This document shows, piece by piece, positions 41,006-49,601 of a stretch of DNA of 64,000 bases. Within the stretch, counting starts at the first letter, position 1, and each line of letters starts with the position of its first letter. Both the position numbers and the translations under genes were made by a program. The DNA lies in the IMG/VR virus record IMGVR_UViG_3300045253_000023, positions 32,001 through 96,000 of that record. One strand, 5' to 3'. The DNA comes from a virus. Below the pieces are notes generated by a model. It saw nothing but the letters and a program-made list of their open reading frames with translations, did no database searches and was not told the DNA's origin.

Positions 41006-41584
41006 GTGAGATCATTCAAAGAATACCTGACGGAAGCACGCTCTACAACAGCGACATTTTGCTTCGGTAGGTTTCAGCCTCCGACGATTGGGCATGATAG
41101 GCTGTTGGGTGCTGTGAAAAATGAGGCGCGTGGTGGAGAATTCTTCATCTATGCGTCTCAGTCTGAAGATGGCAGGGATAATCCACTGCCATACAAGGCA
41201 AAGATTGCCATTATGAGGACAATGTTTCCTGGAGTGGCAAGCGAGATTCAGCTAGATACTAGCGTGGTGACGTTTTTTGACGCCGCCAAGAACCTAAGTA
41301 AGAAGGGATACAAGAACTTACGGATGGTTGCTGGTTCTGATCGCGTCGGAAAGTTCAAGGAATTGTTGGATAAGTACAACGGCGATCTGTACAACTTTTA
41401 CTCCATTGATGTTGTCTCGGCTGGTGAACGTGATCCAGACCAAGATGGTGTCGCAGGCATGTCAGCATCAAAGATGCGACAAGCTGTCAGAGATGACAAC
41501 TACTCAGCATTTGTTGCTGGGCTGCCAAAATCATACAAGGACAAGCAGGCTCTGTTTGACCTGCTGAAAACAAAACTCTCTTAA
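41006..41584 (+). CDS. Cytidyltransferase-like (HUP fold) protein
   Basis: FGRFQPPTIGH, NPL, VAGSDR, VSAGERDPD..GMSASKMR. Confidence 0.88.
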   Translation: MRSFKEYLTEARSTTATFCFGRFQPPTIGHDRLLGAVKNEARGGEFFIYASQSEDGRDNPLPYKAKIAIMRTMFPGVASEIQLDTSVVTFFDAAKNLSKKGYKNLRMVAGSDRVGKFKELLDKYNGDLYNFYSIDVVSAGERDPDQDGVAGMSASKMRQAVRDDNYSAFVAGLPKSYKDKQALFDLLKTKLS

Positions 41585-41600
41585 GGAAAAGGACACAAAC

Positions 41601-42302
41601 ATGTCATTGACTATCAACTACACCAAACTCTTCCACCAGATTCTGAAAGAAATCAAGGAAGATGAGGACAACAAAGACAAAGTCCTCAACGGCGATGAGA
41701 AGGCCGAAGGTGATGAAACCCAAGTTGGCAAGGGTGAACTCCCAGTCAATGGTGATAAGGAAAAGATCACCAAGGGCGCGGTTGGAGAGGGTGAAGACGA
41801 CAAGAAAGATGATGACGAGATGGAAGAGGAAGAAGTCCAGAACGCTGGTGGCCCAGCTGCAAAGATTGGTTCAGGCACACTTCCTTCTGATGGCAACAAG
41901 GCTCGCATCAAGCAAGGTCAAGTTGGTGAGAATGGCCAGAAGCTGGTTGGTTCTCTCGGCGAAGATGAAAAAGATGATGACAAGAATTCCTTCATGAAAG
42001 AAGGTGAAGATGAGCTGGATGCTCTCAACGCTAAGAAAGATGAGAAGAAGGAAGGAATTGAAGACATCAACAAGGACAAGAAAGACGAAACCAAGGAAGG
42101 CGATGAAGGAAACCTCGACAACCTGAAGAAGGATGACGAAAAGAAGGAAGGCGAGGATGACGACAAGGACGCTGACGACAAGAAAGATGAGACCAAGGAA
42201 GGCGAGGATGACGACAAGGCTGACGACAAGAAGGCCGAGAAACAAGAGTCCATCCGCTTCAAGATGTTGAAGGACAGGGTTGCCCGCAAGAGCAAGAAGT
42301 AA
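41601..42302 (+). CDS. Highly charged repetitive protein, probable internal head protein
   Basis: Repeated (T/K)KEGEDD units; strong SD. Confidence 0.7.
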   Translation: MSLTINYTKLFHQILKEIKEDEDNKDKVLNGDEKAEGDETQVGKGELPVNGDKEKITKGAVGEGEDDKKDDDEMEEEEVQNAGGPAAKIGSGTLPSDGNKARIKQGQVGENGQKLVGSLGEDEKDDDKNSFMKEGEDELDALNAKKDEKKEGIEDINKDKKDETKEGDEGNLDNLKKDDEKKEGEDDDKDADDKKDETKEGEDDDKADDKKAEKQESIRFKMLKDRVARKSKK

Positions 42303-42444
42303 CAGTTTCACACACTGAGACTTTCAGTTACTTGAATGGCTGGCGACCCACAAGTTGCCAGCCATTTGTTTTGCCTATCGATTTTGCGTTTTCCATTGAA
42401 AGAATTTACTTGACTCTCTCGTAAAAGGGAGTAGAATACCCTCA

Positions 42445-42627
42445 ATGTCAACAAACAACTACACCAAACTGTCGTCTGTGATTGTGAAGCCTCGCACTGA
42501 GCGCGGCCCAGCATCCATGTCACATCTGGGTTGGGAACTTTGGATTGATCATGAGTTCAATGGTTACTTTGCATCCCAAGATGAAGCCAACAACATGGGT
42601 ATGGCATTGACTGGTCTCTTCGGTTGA
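42445..42627 (+). CDS. Hypothetical protein
   Basis: Starts just after promoter 42410-42437 (possibly leaderless). Confidence 0.45.
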   Translation: MSTNNYTKLSSVIVKPRTERGPASMSHLGWELWIDHEFNGYFASQDEANNMGMALTGLFG

Positions 42628-42663
42628 ATGTAAACGAATTGTAAACCATAGTTGAGCAACCAC

Positions 42664-42692
42664 TTGACTTTTGGGTTTGAAAGGCGTAATAT
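42664..42692 (+). promoter_or_regulatory. Sigma70-type promoter at the start of the tRNA/ncRNA region
   Basis: TTGACT-N17-TAATAT. Confidence 0.6.
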
Positions 42693-43391
42693 AGCTTCTC
42701 TGGTTCGGTAAACACTTGATCTGCACTAGCAGCCCAAAATTCACCAACAGGAGAGTGTCATGTAACTGCTGTTGCTTTGTCTCACAACATAGCTAAGTAT
42801 TGATACATGAGATCGCGGGCGCTCAAACCAGCCCGCACTGAATTCGCGTAAGTCTGACTGATCACATAGCGAGAATGCAACTCTAGTGTAGATCGTATCA
42901 GCGTAGTGGCGCCCACGACAATGGCGCCGCCAAACATGAAAGGTTTGGGTCTGGCTGCATTATGCGCTGACCCTTTTGTATAGCAAGCCAGCCGCATGAC
43001 CGTTCCGGCAGGTGAAACCCAAAGGTCACAAATCATGGGTGCTTGCGTTTGTTTTGGTAGTTCGATCATGCCACCATAAGTCTGAGATAAGACGCGGCCT
43101 GACGACTTGTACAAAGTCCTGTAAAGTCAGGAGATGTCTAGGGAAGTTGGCACTTCCTGGATCGGTCTACCAATCTTTTGTTATGTCAACAGCGCAGGGT
43201 TGATGAGGCCTGCGTGTCCTATCCCAAGGATATCTGTCAAGAATCAAGGCAGAACGTTAAGCGTGGTTGGCTGAGCACAGCGGCCCACGGACGAGAAATT
43301 GGGAAGCCATCGTGAGAGTGCAAGGTTCCATTGTGAGAGTGGAATCCCCGCATTGAAGTTGCGGGTTGTTTGTTTCTCATAAAGATTACAT

Positions 43392-43484
43392 GGTCTGTGT
43401 AACTAAGAGCTAACTGGTGTGGCTGCCTGGCTGTAAACCAGGTCCCTAATGGGCATGAGGTTCGATTCCATCCATAGACCACCA
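43392..43484 (+). tRNA. tRNA-Tyr(GTA), atypical D region
   Basis: GGTCTGTG/CATAGACC-A-CCA; CCTGG-CTGTAAA-CCAGG. Confidence 0.75.
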
Positions 43485-43561
43485 TATTCACAGCGTTGAG
43501 GCTTTGTACTCAGATAGCTGGAATGGTTTGACGGCTTTTCCTAAAACCGTCATGAATTATT

Positions 43562-43636
43562 GGGCTGCTAGTGATAATGGGAGCACATCTGCCTTGCACG
43601 CAGAAAGTAAGAGTTCGATTCTCTTGCGGTCCACCA
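43562..43636 (+). tRNA. tRNA-Ala(TGC)
   Basis: Cloverleaf, G3:U70, CCA. Confidence 0.9.
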
Positions 43637-43654
43637 GGTTGTGACGCTTCAATT

Positions 43655-43723
43655 GCTGTTCTAGTGTAATGGAAGCACGCCCGAATGAAAGTCGGGAAGA
43701 TGGGTTCGAGTCCCAAATACAGA
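43655..43723 (+). pseudogene. Degenerate tRNA (GAA anticodon), weak acceptor, no CCA
   Basis: D arm, CCCGA-ATGAAAG-TCGGG, TGGGTTCGAGTCCCA. Confidence 0.5.
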
Positions 43724-44067
43724 TCGGACAATTGATATAAGCTAGATCACTGTCAAGTACCCATTATCCGAATGGCGAAAGCAAAATGCACAGCCGTCTT
43801 AGAAACGGCAGGATCACTTGATCGGTGAACCTGGTTCATAGCCAGGCTGGTGTATAAGCTGAGTCACATTTATATTCGCTCCTGGCGCATTATGCGCTGA
43901 GCAACACGTGAATAGAGAGGCGCGGGTTCGAATCCCGCATTGAGTAAGGCGTCCACAACTAGCTTGTTTGTGCACAGACAAGCATATCTCGCCATGGGTG
44001 CACCTGGTGCTGGGACGTTTTGATTGGCGTAGTGGTAGCGCACTCTTGCTTATTTTGTTGTCCAAAT

Positions 44068-44143
44068 GGGTTGCAGGTGTTATTGGCTGCATGTCAGACT
44101 CTTAATCTGTTCGGTTCGAGTTCGAATCTCGAGCAACCCACCA
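44068..44143 (+). tRNA. tRNA-Lys(CTT)
   Basis: GGGTTGC/GCAACCC-A-CCA; loop CTCTTAA. Confidence 0.88.
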
Positions 44144-44155
44144 ATTTCAATACAT

Positions 44156-44232
44156 CGGAGTGTAGCTCAGTTTGGTAGAGCGCTTGCTTTGGGAGCAAGA
44201 TGTCGCGAGTTCAAATCCCGCCCCTCCGACCA
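44156..44232 (+). tRNA. tRNA-Pro(TGG)
   Basis: CGGAGTGTAGCTCAG...CTCCGACCA. Confidence 0.92.
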
Positions 44233-44632
44233 ATTTTATGTAACACAATGGCCTTGCCTATTCATCGGCTCGTCGAGCGTAACGACAGAGGCACGCCAAA
44301 TAATGGGGCACTAGGTGTAGAGCGGGTTCGAATCCCGTATGGTCCAGAATATGGGCTTGCATGGCGCTAGGACGACGGTCCGCTATTGGGGTTCGATTCC
44401 CCTTTGCTCCACTCATAATAACATGAATTATATGATCACAAAATGCCCTCGCTGTAGAGTTGATCTTGTGCTGGGAAAGGCAATTGACACTGGTTCAAGT
44501 CTATATGATAGAGCAATTTGTGCATTCAAGCGTGTCTTGAAATGGAGTGAACTACGAATTATTGATTGTCTGAAGTGTCCGAAATGTGGATTTTCAGATG
44601 ATGGCGGGTTTTCAGTTTATGAAGAACAACCT

Positions 44633-44719
44633 GCTCTCTTGGTGGAATTGGCAGACACGCATCCTTGAGGTGGATGTGCCTTTACGGGCGTGAGGGTTCG
44701 AGTCCCTTGGAGAGCACCA
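44633..44719 (+). tRNA. tRNA-Leu(GAG), long variable arm
   Basis: GGTGGAATTGGCAGACAC D arm; CATCC-TTGAGGT-GGATG. Confidence 0.9.
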
Positions 44720-44849
44720 AGAAAACAGCATCACTCAGCGAGTAGCTTGTAAACAGAGTATCTGTATCAGAAGGATGCGCTTGAAAAGTGAAAGTGCTGC
44801 TCAGGCGGGACTGATACCCTAACCGAGTCAAGAGTGAATTATTTCAAAT

Positions 44850-44925
44850 GGTCCGGAAGCTATCCTGGGAAAGCGATAGGCTGTTAACCTATGAGAGACA
44901 GGTTCGATTCCTGTACGGATCGCCA
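44850..44925 (+). tRNA. tRNA-Asn(GTT)
   Basis: ATAGG-CTGTTAA-CCTAT; GCCA end. Confidence 0.85.
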
Positions 44926-44985
44926 ACAACAGAACGAGGAGTACATGTATAATGACATATTAGGTTCCTACAATGGAGTTCTAAC

Positions 44986-45216
44986 ATGTCTCGTACTTTT
45001 CGAAAGACCAGACCACGTGTGTCCAGAATTGGACAGTGGTTGTCAGCAAAAGATTCAAAGGGCAACTCACTGCCGCTGAACAAGCGCAATGTTGCTCGTG
45101 ATGGCAAGAACAAAGTCGTTTGGGTGTGCAATTGCGACTATTGCCTTGACAACAAACTACACCATCTCAAACGTCATACGACAGTTGAATGGGAAATGAA
45201 GAACATGGGTTGCTAA
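44986..45216 (+). CDS. Small basic protein with CxCxxC motif
   Basis: GGAG SD; CNCDYC. Confidence 0.5.
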   Translation: MSRTFRKTRPRVSRIGQWLSAKDSKGNSLPLNKRNVARDGKNKVVWVCNCDYCLDNKLHHLKRHTTVEWEMKNMGC

Positions 45217-45282
45217 CTCAATTGCGCAGAGTCACGCCTTTTAAGCGGAAAGATGTGGGTTCGAGTCCCACGCAACCCACCA
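45207..45282 (+). tRNA. tRNA-Lys(TTT)
   Basis: GGGTTGC/GCAACCC-A-CCA; loop CTTTTAA. Confidence 0.88.
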
Positions 45283-45287
45283 AACAT

Positions 45288-45363
45288 GCGTCCTTAACAT
45301 TGAAGGTCAATGTGCCCTCCTGAAGAGTGGGATAACTCAGTTCGATCCTGAGAGGATGCACCA
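45288..45363 (+). tRNA. tRNA-Phe(GAA), divergent
   Basis: GCGTCCT/AGGATGC-A-CCA; loop CTGAAGA. Confidence 0.75.
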
Positions 45364-45372
45364 AATACCAAT

Positions 45373-45448
45373 GCACTTGTAGCTCAGTTGGTAGAGCAAA
45401 GGACTGAAAATCCTTGTGTCAGCGGTTCGATTCCGTTCAAGTGCACCA
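45373..45448 (+). tRNA. tRNA-Phe(GAA)
   Basis: Canonical cloverleaf. Confidence 0.95.
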
Positions 45449-45590
45449 GAAACAATGCCGTCGTGGCCAGACACTGTACAGGGTGTGTAATCCCTGGATG
45501 GCACCATTTTGAGGAAGAAGAGAGAACGCAACGTTCTCCATTTGTGATAAACAACTCAAAGAAACATGCCATCTATTAGGAGACTATCCA

Positions 45591-46610
45591 ATGAAAACCA
45601 GGCAGCCATCAACAGCACCAAAGACCAAGAAGTTGGTCAACAATGTGATCTTCGTCATTGATTCATCGTCCTCCATGGACCGTCACGCTCGTGCCGTCAA
45701 TCAAGTGATCAATGATCTCATCAAACCGCTTTCTGCAACAGGCTATGCCAATCAGCAGACGCGAGTATCCCTCTACACATTCAATGATCTGGTAACCAAG
45801 CACAAGTTCTTGGTTGATCCAGTCTATCTCCAGAATTTCTCCCTCATTCCTCAAGGTTACACTGCCTTGATCGATGCCACATACACTGCGATCGCAGAAC
45901 ACCAGATTCTGGAACGTTCTGACTATGAAGACAATACCTTCTTGCTCTATGTGATCACAGATGGTGAAGAGAATCGTTCGCGTCACAATGCTGCACAACT
46001 GCGCCAGTTGTTTGCTGGATTGAATGATTCATGGACACTGGCAACAATGGTTCCAAATCAGACTGCTGTGCATCACGCTAAGAACTTCGGTTTCCCTGCT
46101 GGCAACATTGAAGTTTGGGACATCTCTTCTGATCATGGTTTTGAGGAAGTCGGTCGCACTGTTTCGCGCTCGTATTCTGACTACACCAATCTGCGTTCAC
46201 AGGGAATTCGTTCCTCCTCCAATTTGTTTCATGTGAATGCCAACAACATTTCAACACAGGCTGCGAAAGCCAATCTGCAAGAAGACTACACAGCCAAGTT
46301 GTATCCTGTGAACTTCACAGGTCAGATTCGCGAAGTGGTTGAAAGTGTCACTGGACGCCCATACATCCTTGGCGATGCGTTCTATGAACTCATGAAAAAG
46401 GAAACAGTGCAGCCGCAGAAAGAGATTGCCATTGTTCACAAGCGCGATGGCAAGAAGTATTTCGGCCGCAATGCACGCATCATGCTGGGTCTCCCGCAGA
46501 CGCCTGTCAAGGTGATCCCTGGTGACTTCGGTGATTGGCGCCTGTTTGTTCAGTCAACATCTGTCAATCGCAAGGTCGTTCCTGGAACTGCGCTGCTGAT
46601 TCGATCATAA
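45591..46610 (+). CDS. vWA-domain protein
   Basis: VIDSSSSM MIDAS, TALIDA, ITDGEEN. Confidence 0.85.
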   Translation: MKTRQPSTAPKTKKLVNNVIFVIDSSSSMDRHARAVNQVINDLIKPLSATGYANQQTRVSLYTFNDLVTKHKFLVDPVYLQNFSLIPQGYTALIDATYTAIAEHQILERSDYEDNTFLLYVITDGEENRSRHNAAQLRQLFAGLNDSWTLATMVPNQTAVHHAKNFGFPAGNIEVWDISSDHGFEEVGRTVSRSYSDYTNLRSQGIRSSSNLFHVNANNISTQAAKANLQEDYTAKLYPVNFTGQIREVVESVTGRPYILGDAFYELMKKETVQPQKEIAIVHKRDGKKYFGRNARIMLGLPQTPVKVIPGDFGDWRLFVQSTSVNRKVVPGTALLIRS

Positions 46611-46636
46611 CGCAATTCATCGCTTTACTTTGAATC

Positions 46637-46671
46637 AAGGCTCAGGTAGAATAAGTCTCCTGAGCCTTTTT
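46637..46671 (+). terminator. Terminator overlapping a promoter -10 box
   Basis: AAGGCTCAGG...CCTGAGCCTTTTT; TAGAAT lies in the loop, TTTACT -35 upstream. Confidence 0.65.
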
Positions 46672-46690
46672 CGTCTATGAGGAGTTTGCT

Positions 46691-46966
46691 ATGTTCGGCT
46701 GGTTGTATCGAATCATTGATCGTTCCGACGCCAAAGAGATCGCTCGCATTGAAGCACTCAATGCGCGCCTTGTTGAGTCTGAGAAGGCTCGTGAGCTTAA
46801 CTTCAAAATCTCAGCATACGAGAAGCAGAAGTCCAGTGCTGAATTCCCGCCATTGGCTCTTTCCTATGCTGATGATGGTACTCCAAAGCTGAGAGAGGCT
46901 GTATGTGCAGGTGATTTTCGTGGTCTCTCGCCAACAGATACAGGCATTGAAGTAAGTATTTTGTAA
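46691..46966 (+). CDS. Hypothetical protein
   Basis: GAGGAG SD. Confidence 0.55.
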   Translation: MFGWLYRIIDRSDAKEIARIEALNARLVESEKARELNFKISAYEKQKSSAEFPPLALSYADDGTPKLREAVCAGDFRGLSPTDTGIEVSIL

Positions 46967-47096
46967 GTTCTTGAACTTTTGGAAAATTTAGTTTAAGAAA
47001 TCGCTTGACTTTTGTTTCCAATGAGAGTAGAATAGCTTCTGTCAGTCAAGGTGATTGACAGTTTTCAACCCTTCCATTGATTATGAGGTCTTCATC

Positions 47097-47552
47097 ATGT
47101 TTCGTTCGAATCGTTTGGCTGCTGTTGTTTTGGGTGTGTTGATGGTTTCTTCGACCGCGTTCGCTGACAACTCGTTCAGTCGTTCGCCTGGTGGTGTTGT
47201 CAATCACAACCCTACGCCCAGCCCATTCAATCGTGTAATTCCGCGCTGGAAAATCAATATTCTGTCTGCCCAGAATGAGCTCACGAATTTCAGCAACTGT
47301 GTCATCGACACCGAATATGCGGGCAGCAACAATGCTGATCCTTCCGAAGTGTTGGTGGTCAACTGTACTGATGTTCGCTTCTGGGGTCCAGTTGGTCCGC
47401 CAGTTGGTCCTGGTCCGTATGTTGCTCCTCCTGGTTTGACGATCGCGACCGTTGTGATGAACGGTGCGAACTTCTACAACTGCACCGTGACTGGCTTGTT
47501 TCTGAACAGCAATGGTGAAACGCAGACCCAGTCGTTGACTTGTGAGTTTTGA
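47097..47552 (+). CDS. Secreted/periplasmic hypothetical protein
   Basis: Signal peptide ending AFA; own promoter at 47025. Confidence 0.6.
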   Translation: MFRSNRLAAVVLGVLMVSSTAFADNSFSRSPGGVVNHNPTPSPFNRVIPRWKINILSAQNELTNFSNCVIDTEYAGSNNADPSEVLVVNCTDVRFWGPVGPPVGPGPYVAPPGLTIATVVMNGANFYNCTVTGLFLNSNGETQTQSLTCEF

Positions 47553-47562
47553 TTGATTCTTT

Positions 47563-48105
47563 GTGTCAAAACACAGTCTTCATAGCAAGGTCCTAACAGA
47601 CCATCTGGCATCACGTGGCTTGTATGTTGACAACTATAAGCACGTGTTCCTGGACGAGCAACAGCTAGTTGTTTCCTTCCCGCTGTACACTCTCACAGGA
47701 AAGCTGGTTGGCTTTCAATACTACAGACCATTTGCTGATCCAAAGCAAAACAAGGCGCATCCTGAGCTCGGGAAGTATTTCCCTGATGTCAATGAGTTCG
47801 ATGTGCCTTTGTGGGGCACAGAGAAGTACGATCCACATCAACAGACCTGTTACCTGGTGGAAGGCATCTTTGATGCAGTTCGCTTTCACAATCTTGGACT
47901 CAACTGCCTCGCAGTGCTGTGCAACAATCCTAAGCACGCGAGAGCCCAACTGAAGGCACTTGGGTGCCGTCTTGTGGCAGTGTGTGACAACGATGTTCCT
48001 GGACGCAAACTCGCAGGGTTCGCTGACAACTTCATCATTTGCGATGGAGCTAAAGACCCTGGAGACATGACAGAGCAGGAACTGACCAAATTCCTTCAAT
48101 TGTGA
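47563..48105 (+). CDS. TOPRIM-domain (primase-like) protein
   Basis: LVEGIFDA, VCDND.PG, KDPGD. Confidence 0.8.
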   Translation: MSKHSLHSKVLTDHLASRGLYVDNYKHVFLDEQQLVVSFPLYTLTGKLVGFQYYRPFADPKQNKAHPELGKYFPDVNEFDVPLWGTEKYDPHQQTCYLVEGIFDAVRFHNLGLNCLAVLCNNPKHARAQLKALGCRLVAVCDNDVPGRKLAGFADNFIICDGAKDPGDMTEQELTKFLQL

Positions 48106-48111
48106 GATACA

Positions 48112-48294
48112 ATGAAACTTTCGTCATTTGCTAATGCAAAATACACTGGACTTCGCGAGCAGGTGGTTAAAATGCGTGAAGACCTGGAACGTCTTGGCAG
48201 TCAAGGCAGCCATGATGACTTCTACAAGATGGGTCTTCGTCATGCAATTGAGCGCATTGACATGATCCTGAAGACCAATCCTGCCAGCCACTGA
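48112..48294 (+). CDS. Hypothetical protein
   Basis: Packed ORF. Confidence 0.45.
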   Translation: MKLSSFANAKYTGLREQVVKMREDLERLGSQGSHDDFYKMGLRHAIERIDMILKTNPASH

Positions 48295-48335
48295 GCAGGC
48301 TAAGTAAGTCCTGTACATTCACATGGATTGACAAA

Positions 48336-48617
48336 ATGAGACTCAAGGAACATGTGCTGACTGAGGGCAAGAAGACGTTGATGGAATCATCTTCGCCATA
48401 TGGCTACAGCATCAAATCAAGCACTGTTTTGACAGACAAAGAAGGAAATGTCTTCAGCAACTTTGAAGTCACTTTGTTGGTTGGAGCAAATGGAACTGTC
48501 ACTCCGTGGCTCAACTATGTAATTCGCATGGCCAAGAAGCCAGGTGAAGCGGAACACAACAGAATCAATGAACAAAACAGCGTGAATGATTTCCTCAAAA
48601 ACTATTTCCCACGCTAA
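48336..48617 (+). CDS. Hypothetical late protein (MRLKEHVLTE N-terminus)
   Basis: TAAGTA at 48301. Confidence 0.55.
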   Translation: MRLKEHVLTEGKKTLMESSSPYGYSIKSSTVLTDKEGNVFSNFEVTLLVGANGTVTPWLNYVIRMAKKPGEAEHNRINEQNSVNDFLKNYFPR

Positions 48618-48625
48618 CTAACAAT

Positions 48626-48711
48626 CGCGAGTTCGATCTCCGGGAGATCACTGGGCTCATAACCCAGGAGCCATAGTGCTCAAGCCTGTTCGACTCAGAG
48701 ACTCGCTACCA
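48626..48711 (+). tRNA. Initiator-like tRNA-Met(CAT) with long variable arm
   Basis: C1/U72 mismatch, CTGGG-CTCATAA-CCCAG, GAGC-CATAGT-GCTC extra arm, ACCA end. Confidence 0.7.
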
Positions 48712-48724
48712 TTTAAGGAAGACC

Positions 48725-49156
48725 ATGGCTGTTGCAGGATATATCAAAAATTCAGACAATGCCAATACACCGATCAACCTGAATTTGGTTGTGTCATACG
48801 GCATCAGCACCAAAGATGGTGGTTTGAGTGTTTACTTCGAGACAGTCTACGGTCGCATTCTGTGGAAGTTCGCATCTGCACAAGCAGCAACGGATGCGAA
48901 GAACCTGGTTGACACATTCGTGGCTGCGACAGCACAGAACGTCACATACTTCACGTTGACGTATACCGCTGGCGCGAACGGAACTGTCACTGGTCCAAGT
49001 CCACAAACAGTTGCTTCTGGTGGTAGCGGTCAAGCTGTTACTGCTGTTCCAAACGCTGGAAAAGCATTCGTGAACTGGAGCGATGCTTCAGTACAAAACC
49101 CACGTACAGATACAAACGTCTCTGGCAACGTGACCGTCACAGCAAACTTTGCTTAA
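48725..49156 (+). CDS. Probable virion protein with C-terminal InlB B-repeat-like domain
   Basis: TLTYTAGANGTV...VTAVPNAG..FVNWSD...VTVTANF. Confidence 0.7.
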   Translation: MAVAGYIKNSDNANTPINLNLVVSYGISTKDGGLSVYFETVYGRILWKFASAQAATDAKNLVDTFVAATAQNVTYFTLTYTAGANGTVTGPSPQTVASGGSGQAVTAVPNAGKAFVNWSDASVQNPRTDTNVSGNVTVTANFA

Positions 49157-49184
49157 TCTTTAACTCTAAGGAAGGAATACAACA

Positions 49185-49430
49185 ATGACAGCTACTGTCT
49201 CTCTGATTTCAAACACTGACGTCTCAGTCAGCCCAAACATCGTGAATCCAAACATTCCTCTGGCAGCTGTTGTTTCATACGCTGCTGCAGCTGATGGTGT
49301 TCATTTGGTGTTTGAATTCGCAGGCGGCAACAGCATTGCATGGCGTTTCGCAAACAACACCAAGTTGCTTGCTGCGAAGGGTCACATTGATGCTCTTGTG
49401 ACAGCTGCACAAGCAATCGCAAACACTTAA
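49185..49430 (+). CDS. Paralog of the N-terminal domain of 48725 ORF
   Basis: IPLAAVVSY/INLNLVVSY, IAWRFA/ILWKFA, AKGHID/AKNLVD. Confidence 0.65.
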   Translation: MTATVSLISNTDVSVSPNIVNPNIPLAAVVSYAAAADGVHLVFEFAGGNSIAWRFANNTKLLAAKGHIDALVTAAQAIANT

Positions 49431-49518
49431 CGGATTGTAAACGGCATTTCATCGCCCACTTGACTTTCCGGATTCATCAGGCTATACTATCTGTCTGTTG
49501 AATCAAACCAAGAACAAT

Positions 49519-49592
49519 TCTCGGGGAGCCTGTCGGATGGGCGGTCGGCTGATAACCGTTGAAACTGAGTTCGACTCTCAGCCCGAGAACCA
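49519..49592 (+). tRNA. tRNA-Ile(GAT)
   Basis: TCTCGGG/CCCGAGA-A-CCA; loop CTGATAA. Confidence 0.8.
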
Positions 49593-49601
49593 ACAATCAA
49601 T

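Noticed and set aside
1-42302. Alternative genetic code or stop-codon recoding
   Set aside because: Core genes are full length in code 11 and no suppressor (CTA/TTA/TCA) tRNA was found
43237-44314. Short ORFs across the tRNA/ncRNA region
   Set aside because: They overlap tRNAs or structured RNA and lack SD sequences
44423-44668. Small CxxC...CxxC zinc-ribbon ORF
   Set aside because: Plausible, but it has no clear SD and runs 36 nt into tRNA-Leu, so support is too weak to list
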